Assembly (NCBI GenBank): GCA_964247055.1
Contig: OZ176050.1
Location: forward strand, 7,936,001 to 8,000,000
Direction of reading: 5' to 3'
From: Paragordius varius
Taxonomy: Eukaryota; Animalia; Nematomorpha
Length of the DNA: 64,000 nt
Both the position numbers and the translations under genes were made by a program. The notes under the pieces were generated by a model. That model saw only the letters and a program-made list of their open reading frames with translations, was not told where the DNA came from and did no database searches. Positions 49,101 to 61,522 of this stretch are shown piece by piece (the first letter of the stretch is position 1; every line of letters starts with the position of its first letter).

Positions 49101-52100
49101 CTTCACAATTGACGACTGTTACAAGCAGTGCTACATCGAGTACACTGCCACCTTCAAGTTTTAATGTTATACCTCCTTTGGGGGTATCGCAGATCAGTAC
49201 ATTGATTCAAGTTTCAAAACCACAAACTATAATTTCAACTGCTATCCCTAGTATGATAAAGACGGATGTACCACCAACCCTCAGTAAATTTTTAATATAT
49301 TTTGTATAATATTTACGAAATTAATTTCGAAGGAATGATGTTAGAGTAGGTAAGGCATTGGATTCTACTATGCATATGAGTATCTCATTGACCGAAGCTT
49401 TCATGTCACTTTTATACGCCCTTAAGCCTGTTGGAATTTTTCTTTTTTTCTATCTCTAGATTTTCTAATTGTATTATGGAGTTCTAGATCTTCTCAGATA
49501 GTGGATTGTGTTTACGAGGATGTTTTATTATTAGGTAAGCTGATTAGTTTTATCCAGTTAGATTCTTGGAATCTATATATGTAACCAGCTCAAAGTAACT
49601 CGACTTGCGGTATTGAGTAATCCAAACATAAGGTTTGTGAAGGGCTTTGGATTGAAACTCTAAATATTTGGATTATGTGCGAAAAAAATTACATCTAGAC
49701 TTATTTGAAGTTGGCCATTTTTCAGTCCCATATAGAATAACAGGAGCGGCATAAAAATCAAAGCACTTCACCCGAGTAAAGATATTAAATTTACTTCATA
49801 ACCTGTAAAAATCTTTATCTTGCATATTTTTTCTTAGGTAAAACTATGTCATTTTAATGTAATAAATTTATATAACACATATTATGTAGAGTTTGCACCA
49901 ATCATTAGTAGTGGTGTTCTTCCCACCGTCTCACAGTCTGTACCCGTTTCAAGGTAGTATAAATTTGATTGTTTTTATGTATATTTTTCAATATAAAACA
50001 TATAATTCGTATCTCAGTGTAACATTAAACACCACTTCAAACCCACCCAAAGTTGAAAGCAAAAGTACCAAACCCGATGAGACTGTCACTGTGAAAACGG
50101 AATTAACTTATCGTGATTTGCAAGAATGCATGAACAATTGGAAAAGTGAATTGGATTCGATGGGGAAAACATTTGCTGATCAAGCCACTAGTTTGAAAAC
50201 CTGGGAAGCAATGTTACGATCGAATGGTGAAAAGGTTATTTAATTATTTTTTTATAAAATTAATTTGACAAAAAATATAGTATAAAAAGCGGCAAAAATG
50301 GGGATCAAAAAATAAAAGTTAATAAATTATATATTTTTCGATGGCTAATAGCTTTAGGATAATGAATGTATATTATAATGATTGATGCGGTTAAAATACT
50401 AGAAAAAAAGTTATTTCAATTTTTTTATTAGCTGAAACAAAAAATCGCATTTTTTCGCATATTAGGTCAAATAAAATTAAATGCTATAGATGAAAACGTG
50501 TCAACTAAATTTTATTTGTTTTAATATAGCATAAGAATAATTTTAAATGTAAAACATTATTAACAAGATTTTACATTTTTTGGACGGTCTCATAATGATT
50601 TTTTAGAATATTAGCTAAAAAATCCCACTCTGTCGTCATATTTGAATATTTAAATCTCATCGTTATGCGGTTTATTAAAACAATTATACATTAACTCTAT
50701 ATATAGAAATTACCCAATATATTGCCCTCTAGAAAATTAGCCTTATATAATAAAATATTTCGATATTTTGCACCAAAGCGGAAGCTGCGTATAATTTTTA
50801 CTAAACATCCATTATATATAGTACTTACTTTTTCCACACAATACGATGCAGAAAAAAACGATCTTTCATCTCAGTTTTTTGATTTAGGAAATTTTTTTGC
50901 CCGAATATCTTTATTATATAATTTTGGCGCCATTTTTATTTTAATACCGGCTTTAGGGCATAAATTTCATCAAATTAAAAAACTGGTCAATAAAACTTTT
51001 ATTAAATTTTATGGAAAAGATATTTATAATATATACATTTAATGTTTTGTAAAAATACTACACAGCTTCCTTTTAGGTGCAAATTATCGCAAATTATTCT
51101 TTTTTATATAAGGCTTAATTTTTTTGAAAGCGATATATTGGGCAATTTCTATATCCAGAGTTAATATATGATTGTTTTAATAAAATTTAATATCTTTTAC
51201 CGCGCATTAATAAGTTTTTATGATTCAAATTCGACGGCAAGATTTTTTTAGCTAATATTCTTATCTTTCTGGGACTTTTCGAAAAAATGTAAAACCTTTG
51301 TTGATATTATTTTTTTAGATTTATCATTCTAATTAAAACAAATAAAATTTAGTTGACACGTTTTCATCTATTGTAGTTAATTTTATTTGACCTAATATAA
51401 AAACGCGAATTTTTGATTTTGGCTGTTATTAAAATAACTTTTTTTCAAGTACCGCATGCATCATTTCAATGTTCATTATCCTGAAGTTTTTATCTATCGA
51501 ATGATATAGAATTAATTAACATTTATTTTTTGCTGCACACCGTGTAGTAAACAACTATTAATTTATATACGATTTGGGAGGGGGGGAGTACACAACTATA
51601 CTATATCGGAAAAACCGTCTAGAAAAGCATTAAAAGATTTATAATATTATTTAATGATTATAATTTTTTACATTCTAGATAAGTCAAATGGGTTTGGAGT
51701 TGAAGGCTTCTGATATTGATTTGACCAAAATTGAACAGCAAATCAGTTTTTTGGAATCTCAGGAGTCAGAAATTGAAAAGACTTTAATTCCTTTGGAAAA
51801 GGCATATCTAATTAATCAAAATGATGGCGATGTATTAGATGGTGGAGATGGTTTTAATACAGCATATGGGGATTCGGCTTCGAATTTTAATGAACGAAAA
51901 CAAATGTAAATTCGTTTTTCATTATCTTTTTTTTAACTTAATAATTACCTTTACTTTCCTTACATGAAATTTGTATAAAAATATATTTTTATATTTAATG
52001 TATAAAAAAATCCTTATTAAACGTGCATGGGGCTGATAAAATATAATATCCGCTTTGACTGCTTATAAATGTGGCTATTTACTATCATGAATAGTCAATT

Positions 52101-53151
52101 TTACTGATTTTTTATACCTAGTTAGATCCAACCTTATTAACATGTATATAAAAAGAGTAATTTACACATTAATATTTGTTAATGAATTAATTAATTTTTG
52201 TATATATCATCGAAATTTCTTGTTTATTTATGATAAAATTATTTTAACCAATGCGTGATGGTATAGTAGGTAGGGCGTCGGACTACACTGGGTGCAGTTC
52301 GAACCTCGAAGCTACACAATTTTTTCATCATCACTGTCAGCTCTGGGCAGGCGAGTGTTAAGACCTTCGCATTTCCCGATGCAATTTAAGTCCTTATCCT
52401 TTAATATTAAAAAGGAAAAAAGAGACTCTAAACTGTATATTTTTTTAATAAATTTATCATTAACCCACAAAAAATTTCAATATTTCTATTTCTAGTTATA
52501 ATATGGCCATTAAATTGGATACCCAGCTTTGCAATATGGAGGATGAGTTACGTGATGTCGTTGAACAAATAAATTCTTTGGACGCTTCGAAAAAAACTAA
52601 TAATTTGCTCAATGTGGGTGGTGATCAATTGGATGGCACAGTAGTGAACTCATCTCTTGCAGTATAGTTTTAGCTTATGACATTTTTATTTATTTTTATG
52701 CTTTAAATGTTTGAAATTATTGTAAAGTTTTTGATTTTTCAATTGGTTATTACGTTAAACTTTTTCTGATTTTCCACTTAAATGTTTTATTAACTTTATC
52801 ATTTTGGATAAGTATTTTGACATTTAGCAAAAAGGCCACATATTTTGTTAGTATCAAATACCACATAATAATTAAATGATATACAGCTCTTCAAACATTT
52901 TTTAAAATTATCTTTTTCCATAATTTTTTCAGTATAATTTCACGATTACGCAATGTAAATTGGATATGATGCCGTTTTTTATACTAATTTGCTTTACAAT
53001 TCCGTAAAATTTTTATTATATTTACTAGATTAATCAAATGACCCAAATTTTGGACGCTCATATGGAATTGTTAAAGTGGATTGATAAAAATACCACAAAT
53101 TTGAAAGCTCGTTTGGATGAAATTGCTCTTGATACTAATCCCATTTATTAA
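45445..53151 (+). CDS. NUP62: Nucleoporin p62 (FG repeats plus Nsp1_C coiled coil), about 15 exons
   Basis: MSSGFNFG start with FG/FSF repeats over exons 45445-45478, 45542-45595, 45622-45666, 45689-45760, 45787-45837, 46396-46743, 47402-47563, 48317-48418, 48548-48667, 49032-49283 and 49890-49953. Coiled-coil exons: 50018-50234 (LTYRDLQECMNNWKSEL...NGEK), 51679-51905, 52496-~52661 and 53029-53151 (QILDAHMELLKWID). Confidence 0.93.
49330..49790 (-). mobile_element. Decayed non-LTR (RTE-like) 3' fragment in a NUP62 intron
   Basis: Minus-strand YAAPVILYGTE resembles the P.LLYG.E motif of the RTE C-terminus. GC content is locally higher and there are many stops. Confidence 0.45.
50290..51545. 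mobile_element. Foldback element with ~500-bp inverted arms in NUP62 intron 50235-51678
   Basis: ~50290-50820 aligns with the reverse complement of ~51025-51545 (e.g. attaggtcaaataaaattaa...atagatgaaaacgtgtcaactaaattttatttgttttaat; gaatattagctaaaaaa; tatagaaatt.cccaatatat). Spacer ~200 nt. Confidence 0.8.
52253..52385 (+). mobile_element. tRNA-derived SINE copy in a NUP62 intron
   Basis: Box A-like tggtatagtagg and box B-like gttcgaacc (52297-52305). The body is shared with 8855-8990. Confidence 0.65.
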
Positions 53152-53186
53152 TTAGTATACATCAAAATCTTGTTCGTTTAAATAAA

Positions 53187-56100
53187 TTACGTTTTTTCAT
53201 TTTTTTTCTTGTGGCTTGAAAATATATAATGGAGTCCCAAAAATGGTAACATAAAAAAGAAAAATATATTTAACAAAAAAATTTTAAATTTGCTATATTT
53301 CTCTTCTTGCTTCTTCGGTGATCTATATGCAATTTTAGATAAAAATTTAATTGGATTTTTAGGGATAGAATATAATTCTTTTCTTTTTAAATTTTATAAA
53401 ATGGTGTATATAAATATATATATATACTATTTACAGTTCAAATTCACCCTAAAATAAATTATGTGTTTTCCTATATTTTTTATATTTTTAAGAAAATGAA
53501 ATTTGTTTAAAATTAATATATTACTGAAAAAATAATAAACTATGCCATAAAAATATATTTCATATTAATGATGAGTTATATCAGCCCGAAAAAAGATAAT
53601 TTATTTTAGGGTGAATTTGAAATGTTCAAGGGTGAATTTGGATTAATGGTATATATCTTTAATTTAGAATAATGTAATTTACTTGGTTTTCTCGGGAATC
53701 AACGGTTGTAGGACGAGATCATTATCTATTTGTGGTTCCGTAATTTTTTCTAAAATGGATGATAAGCCCCAAATTCCGATTGGCTTAAAAAATAATCCCA
53801 ATATTGCCTTAATAATTCCTGAATTTATATATAAACAACATTAAAGAGGGTTATAAAGCTACAGTATTCATTATAGCGGTTTATAGGCTTATGAACTTTG
53901 ACTCATGATGTGCATTTATTTTTCACGTTTTAATCTTAAAATTTACAAAGATCATCCAAATCAAATTTTATTAAAAAATAAGTTTAATTTTTTTTCAATC
54001 AGTTAATAAAAGTTTTAGGGATTATTACATACTACTTTATATTTTAACTTGACTACAGAACAACTAAATTTTTGGTTTTCAGAATTTGCTTAATAATTAC
54101 GCTATCAAATTAGAGCAGCGTATGGTAACAAAAAAACAAATTTTTTTCCTATGTTTCAACATTAATCTGCCAATTTAATTATCGACAATTTGTTATGCCA
54201 TACGCTACTGTATATGAAAAATTTAAACATAAATAAATATACCTTTTAACAGTGTCAAACCTATTATCGTTATTAATGCTGCAAGGCCAAACCGGAAAAT
54301 TCCGTCAAACCCGAATGACTTATCAATCACATTTTTTAATTTTGGGTTATTGATGCCCGCAGGGAAAAAAGATTTGTAAGCATTACCAAACGTTTGTGAA
54401 ATGGCTTCTATATAACCACTCTTTGTAATATCCAACAATTCTTTCGTATAGCATGTAAAGAGTTTAGAACTGTTTCCGCACTAATGATATACAGCAAATT
54501 TATGAGTTTACAAATAATAATTAATACTGAGTTTTTTTCAATGGTAAAATTTATTCATTTCGATGTTTATCGTATATGTATAATGTATCTTTTTTAAAAT
54601 ATGTTTAATTAATTAAATATATACCATGCATTTGCATAAGTGTTCGCAGACACATATTTCTCCAATTTTAATCCAGAATGATTTTTGGGATACAACAACG
54701 TTTCCATCCCTAAGGTGGGCTATAATTTTATTTTACTCAATTCATTACCTTTGCAAACGATGTGTTCATTCTTTTTTGCTGTCATATTACAAGATTCATC
54801 AAATTCTATCTCTAAACTTATTCGACGACTTTGTCCTGGGGCAAAAATTTTGTATACGCTTGCATTCCAAGTCAAATTATGAGAACATGAGTTTAAAGTC
54901 AACGTAAGCCCTAATTCCACTATACCTCTGTTTGTTACCGTAAAATGAACGTGAACATTGGTTTCATGGGGTTTTTCAACAATTACGCTTGTAATCAAGG
55001 CTGAATTTCTAAACATTAAATTAATAATTATTTATGATTGGGGTTAACTATTATAAACTAAAGTTTATATAGCTATTACAGATGCAATAACCAAACGCGA
55101 GAAACAGCTGATTATCAAGTTTTAACTAACTCTAAAAGAATATCTTTCTGGATTCATAAATTTTTGTAATAATTTTTAATTTTCCCAAAACCTATAGGGA
55201 TCTAATTATATTAGTTTTATATTCCCTGTTTGTATAAATCAAATCTTATTTTATAATAAACATTAGAAATAATACATAGATTAATGATAAATGGATAATA
55301 GTATTTTTATTGGTCCATTAAAAATTATTTTAATTATGACTATCTCGTTTACCTTATATGGCTAGTGGTGAAAATATCACTAAATATCTGAATCTTCGCG
55401 TGTGTCATAACCGATTTTTGATAGATATACACTAAATAATTGTTCCAAGTTTGATTGGATTTATAAGTCAAATTTTTTCCGTGTGATCCATTATAAAGAC
55501 CATTGAATAAGGGTAGTGATTGATAATTCCCTTTTACCAACATATTAGGATGTAAATATCCTCTTTCGGATATAAAGTTTTTTGAACTATTTTGATTTAG
55601 CTTTTGTTTTGCCTATTTATAACACAATAACTTTAGTTATGAGATGAGAAAGAGGAGTAAAAATTTAAGTATAAATAATAAATTATCTCTGCTTGAGACA
55701 TTTTTTCCTAATTTAGACGTTTAATAAAATGTTATTATGCAATTTATGCTCATTAATATTAGTTTGCCATGGTAGCCTTATCCACATATTTGGATTAATT
55801 ATTTATATTAGAAATTATATTTAAACAAATATTCCGACATATAGTATTCAACATAAAATTTAATTTACCTTTTCCATTGTCCAAATATCCAAAGGTTGAT
55901 TTTGAAAACAGCTGGACAAAATAATTAACTTCATATAGGTTAAAATACATATTTATTATTAACAAATAAATATATTACAGTCAAAGTTTTTTGCTTTATA
56001 AATTATATAGGGTCTTTCCATTAAAAAATTATTTTTGACCAATTCTTTAATCAAAAGTGTATTAAGCCAGCGAAGTTTATATTATAGAATTGACTTCGTT

Positions 56101-59100
56101 AATTAAAAATTCCATCAATTATTAGAAATTGCATTTATTTTACTCAATAATCCATTATTGGTATATTTTATAAATAAAACCCATTAGAACAACGGTTATA
56201 TATCATTAACCGGGAAATCTGAAAAAAACCGTTATGCCCACAGATCAATATTTCTCTCTGATTCTGACTCCGGATTCACTTATTTTATATAGAAATTGTT
56301 CCTAACAAAATGAGTCCGTTCTATGGTTCTTTGGTCAAATAGTTGTGATTTTCATTTTTTTGGAAATTTACAGTCAGTCTTATTATGTTGTTACTACAAT
56401 GTGATAAAAAAGGTTAATTAATTATACTTTTTGTATCAGACAATCTAAAAAATTATAGATTTCAAACAATGTTAATTTTTAAAAAAATAAAAAGCTATTA
56501 TGTGGACCCCGATTTTGGTTCTAAAAACGGTTAAGGAGTCATTTTTGGCTTCAAAACGGATCCAAACGATTCCTCAGTTCCAATGCCTTCCTTGAACATT
56601 TATCTCTGATTTTAATAATCGATTTGGTGGGTAATAGGACTGAGTTTGGATATGAATTCAGTCAAACCGAGATTCTCACGATTAATATGAAAAAATGTCG
56701 ATTTTATATTTATGTATACAAATGCGATTGCTTTAATTCAAATAAGCATCCCCACCGCCTATTATTTTTCCCGTTAAAAAAAGTTTTTCCATTACTTATT
56801 TTGCCCAAAAAAATTTGCTCATCCTGGTTTAATTTACATACCTTTGAGGTTGTAATTCGCATTTTTGGAGCTGATTTTGAAATGCGTGAAACGATACACC
56901 AATTTTGTTACATGACATTCCTGTTCCGTCAAAATCGGATATTGGAATAACAAGTGATCCCTTAATCCCATCCTAATATTTAGTCACTGTAAAATCATGT
57001 AATTCTATTCAGATTGATCAAATTTATGATAAATATGGTAAATTGTTGTATGTCTTCCTGCATAAAACTTATATTTCTTAGATTACTTATAACATAGATG
57101 CCGCCTAAACTTAAAAATGATATGTTAATTGAGGTGTTTGTAATATATACTCGTATTTGTGGGATAGGCATACTCGAATGGCTTAAAGGTAAAGGAATAA
57201 GTACCCTCTCCAAACCGGGTTTTAACGGGAGAACATTATCGTTGGACATTAACACTTGACTGATTTTGAAAGATTTTACCTTCATGTAAAAGATTATGAT
57301 TAGCGAGATACAGTAAAAATTGATTGAAACGGAAAAAACGTAAAAATATTAAGGAAAATATATTTTTTTAAAAGCCGCTCTATTTTTCAAACTTAATTTT
57401 TTACAATATAACATATTGTTTTACAAGGCAAAGTAGAAAATCGAAATATAAATTGGCAACATAATCAATTATATATTTTGAAAGTGAATAAATAATTTAT
57501 ATAGGAACAAATAAAAAGTATAGTTGTCTTTTGAAAAAATATTTGTCTATATATTTTTAAATTTTGTCCGCATAATTTAAGTTTTTACTGTATTTAACTC
57601 AAAATTCAATTTTAGTTCTTACCTTTGTCCCACTATCAGTTTTAACAATGGAAGAATTTGTACTGAATATCAAAGTTTTATTAGCTGTAACGTCAAACCA
57701 AGACGATGGCGTAGTACCATTTTGCATCTTCTTAATGAATACTTTGGCAAAAATATTTTGTTCCAAGAATGGCTCTTGAATATCATACGTGGCATACCTA
57801 GGAGATTAAATATATTATCAGAAAATTTCTTATATGCTCAAAAGGTTACAAAAATATAACACTTAAAGATATACCATTTCCCAGTCTAAATAAACGTTTT
57901 CCCAGTCAATCGAAACATTTTTCCAGTCAATCGAAACGTTTTCCCAGTCAATCGAAACGTTTTCCCAGTCAATCGAAACGTTTTCTCAGTCAATAAAAAC
58001 ATTTTCCCAATCAATCGAAACATTTTCCCAGTCAATAAAAACATTTTCCCAGTCAATCGAAACATTTTTCCAGTCAATAAAAACATTTTCCCAATCAATA
58101 AAAACGGTTTTATTTTTGATGATAAATATCAAACAAGACATAAAATTAACTTTTAACCATTATCAGCGTAATGTTAGGATATTATTTTTCATGAAAAAAC
58201 AATTATTGAATGACAATTTTCACGTATATTCTAATGGACAATCATTAATGACCTATTCTTTAAAAGTTATATTTTTTGTAATTTGAGATGTTTATAAGAT
58301 AATATTTTTTATTTTATTGATGGTTCGCATTATATGCGGCACTTACAAAATCTATAGTTACGGATGAAATATTAAAAATAAAAATCTCAAAGGTCATTTA
58401 ACACTTCATATTGGATCTTAAACATAAATTTTACCCTAATTTTATAATATTTATCATTTGATTCATCGGGTGCCCAACGCGGAGTGCCGAGTATCTTTGT
58501 GCGGCCCACTAAAAATTTAGAAATCCATATGCAAAAATATGCCCACAAAATCTTAGTAATATTCATATTCCTTACGCAATTACTCTGAATGAGTCTATTA
58601 AATTGGTAACAAATTAAAAAAAATTGTTAAATTTTTGTATTTTACAGTCTTATGTCTAATCGAAAAATTATTTATGAAATATATCAAATGCGGAAGACCG
58701 TGCTTTTTGAGTAATGCGGCCCGCGAAGCCATTTGGTTGGACACCCCTGTTTTAGTCAAATCTTATTAAATATTTTTAAAATTATATATTTTTTCCGACA
58801 GTAATTTTATGGAAAAACCTGACATATTTAAAAACTGTTTTGAAGGTTCGGCAAATATTAATGCGAACCATCAATAAAATAAAAAATATCTTATAAATCT
58901 CAAATTACAAAAAATATAACTTTTAAAGAATAAGTCATTAATGAGTGTCCATTGGAATATACTTGGAATTGTCATTCAATAATTGTTTTTTCATGAAAAA
59001 TAATATCCTAATATTACGCTGATAATGGTTAAAAGTTAATTTTATGTCTTGTTTTGATATTTATCATCAAAAATAAAACCGTTTTTATTGACTGGGAAAA

Positions 59101-61522
59101 CGTTTTTATTGATTGGGAAAATGTTTTTATTGACAGGGAAAACGTTTTTATTGATTGGGAAAATGTTTTTATTGACAGGGAAAATGTTTCGATTGACTGG
59201 GAAAACGTTTCGATTGACTGGTAAAACGTTTCGATTGATTGGGAAAATGTTTCGATTGACTGGGAAAATGTTTCGATTGACTGGAAAAATGTTTCGATTG
59301 ACTGGGAAAACGTTTATTTAGACTGGGAAATGGTATATCTTTAACATGGGTTAAACCCTTAGAAAATTATAGTAATAACCTGCACAATTTTAAGTCCTTC
59401 ATTATGTTTTAGCTAATTTGTAAAAAAGAAAATTTGGTTTTTTTATGGAATCCATTTAAAAATATTAATAGTTATATGCTAAATAATTATCCGACTAATC
59501 AGATTTCGTTTAATGTTTTTAAGTTAAACTGTTGCGTTCTAACGATAAAATACGTAATGATTTTTTTCCAAAAGTCATAATATTTACCATAAATCGTTGT
59601 AAAACATACAGTGAGCACTTGTACTATATTTAATTTCATCGCCGCTGTCCTCATAATACATTTGATTTTTGGAAGCTTCACAATTGCGATTTCCTCTGAC
59701 ATTGAATAATTGATCCGGTTTCTGACATCCACAACAATATCCCTTTTGATATCAGAACAGGATATAATTATAATTTTCTAACATATGATTTCCACACTTT
59801 AACTCAAGTATAAATAATTTAAAATAGTTTACTTAATTGCAATTATATACTATTTATAATTTTATATTATAACAGGTATAATATCGATTCTTTAAACCCA
59901 TTATTCATACCCAACTTTCCACATACCTTTTTTTTCATCCAAATTTTTGATTCACTACGAAATAATTTTAAATAATTGTTTTTATGTATAATTATTATCA
60001 TAATAATAATAAATTTATGTTAAATTAATCAAAATCCTATCTTTTAAAATTTATAAAATTCATAACATTGCATCCATGCTTAATGAGTGAATTAAAACAA
60101 ATCAATCAAACACCTGACTGTCGGGTATAATGTGTCCGTCATCATACTGATAACCACATGTGGGTTGATCGCCTTGACTCACGCATCCACTATAATTTAA
60201 GGAATTATCTTTGTGAAGCACATATTCACGCGGTTTACTATTAACATTCTGTCAAAAAATAATTCATCAGTAATATACATTCAAAAAATGTTAAATTGTG
60301 TATCCGCGGCCGTAGAAGTGCTTTGTAGCCCAGATTTATTTATAATGGTTTTTTATTAATTTTGAGTATAAATATACGAAAATGTGCCAAACAGCTATGA
60401 ACTTTTTATCGGTATTAACAAGCCCTTGATAATAAATTTTATTTGTGACTGACTCTTTAAATTTGTTCCTGAGCACTACTGATGTATATGATTTTATAAT
60501 TCGTTAAATTTGAATAAAAACATATTAGTAAAACTCACATAGAGATAGTTTAAGGGATAAACGATGCGGGTCGGTTCAATAACTAGCCTTAAAATAATGG
60601 GTGTTAACAGAAGTACTATACGATTCATAGCTTTATCAAACACATGTCTTATCTTGGCATATTGAGTGATTGTTTCTGTCTAAAAAGGTAGAGTTTTGAT
60701 TAAATAATTTATATGTTTTCTTCAAATATATTGAAAAATTCATATATTAATTTAGGAATAATAATGATGATACAACTCTAAAATTTCTAATGGGACATCA
60801 TCTAAGCGTTAAGCCTTTTTAATAAAAAATTTTTATTCCTCGTTCAATTAATATTTGATTGGGCTAGCACGTATTGTAATATAACCTATGAAATGGCAAT
60901 CGACCACGGTTTTAGGTTAATTAATAAATGAAATAATAAAAGTGATTTTGTATTCTTTGGAGGAGAAAAGGATGAAAAGATGCCTATATTTGATTTAAAA
61001 AATAATCTCAAAAACCAGAGAAAAACCCTACATGCCTTTGTTCTCTGCAAAACTTACCCTATTCCCTTTTTTAAGGCCTAATGCCATACGTATAAAATTT
61101 AACCAATAATTGAAAAAAGCTTTATGATATAAAAAATTGAATTTTACAACAAAATATATATCAATTTTATAGTCTATAATTATAACCTTATTTAGCAAAA
61201 ATTAACAAAACATTTTATATTATATGTGTTTTGAACTTATAAAAACATACAGTAGGTCCTGGATTATGATAAAATATTTCAATTTCAATGTCCAAATTTT
61301 TGGAACAAGGTTGGGATGATTGGTGACGTAACTCTTGGAGCAATCTGTTTTTTTGATAAAATGTCGTTTTTTCTGACAAAATTTTGTATAAAAATTTTCT
61401 TTGGAGTGCTTCGTAATCCATATTCTTTTGACTACTCAAATTATGATAATTCGAGATCGACCGGCATTCGTGTAATATTGCTTTGGTATAAATGTTTACA
61501 GATGACATAACAATAGAATATT
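53187..61522 (-). CDS. HAP2: HAP2/GCS1 class II gamete fusogen; at least 14 exons (~768 codons), signal-peptide exon not located
   Basis: Exons 61522-61251, 60679-60539, 60248-60114, 59742-59588, 57797-57623, 57279-57151, 56972-56842, 55911-55869, 55612-55353, 55008-54749, 54719-54625, 54480-54243, 53818-53683 and 53322-53187 join in frame with GT-AG ends. Motifs: VYPLNYLYNVNSKPRE; PTCG...IPDSQGYCCGC...VRG..NC...SAHCMFYNDLWYATYDI; GMSCNKIGVSFHAFQNQ..KC....SCFQNQP; an Ig-like domain (VTNRG, LNSCS); CVCEHLCKCMC; and C-terminal hydrophobic segments. Confidence 0.92.
57886..58098. repeat. 21-bp tandem repeat array (~10 units, consensus TTTTCCCAGTCAATCGAAACA) in the left arm
   Basis: Directly visible; it produces the spurious (LTGKMFR)n ORF. 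Confidence 0.92.
58464..58749. mobile_element. hAT-type MITE (CAGGGGTGTCCAAC family) nested in the foldback spacer
   Basis: Right TIR gttggacacccctg (58736-58749), degenerate left end catcgggtgcccaac, and gcggccc subterminal motifs. Confidence 0.65.
59088..59321. repeat. 21-bp tandem repeat array (~11 units, inverted) in the right arm
   Basis: Reverse complement of the 57886-58098 array. Confidence 0.92.

Larger units (their letters stand above)
57863..59344. mobile_element. Foldback element with ~470-bp inverted arms and TTAA flanks (Kolobok-like AG...CT termini) in a HAP2 intron
   Basis: ttaa|AGATATACCATTTCCCAGTC at 57863 and GACTGGGAAATGGTATATCT|ttaa ending at 59344. Arms 57867-58334 and 58858-59340 are near-identical reverse complements. 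The superfamily call rests only on the TTAA TSD and the RR..YY ends. Confidence 0.8.

Noticed and set aside
56824-56841. Apparent 18-nt intron GTATGTAAATTAAACCAG in HAP2
   Set aside because: Using this acceptor leads to a stop within 9 codons. The conserved SCFQNQP exon is reached with the acceptor at 55912, so the intron is ~930 nt.
57886-59321. (LTGKMFR)n ORFs or a CRISPR-like array
   Set aside because: These are head-to-tail 21-mers with no unique spacers, inside transposon arms of a eukaryotic intron. The ORFs are a by-product of the repeat.
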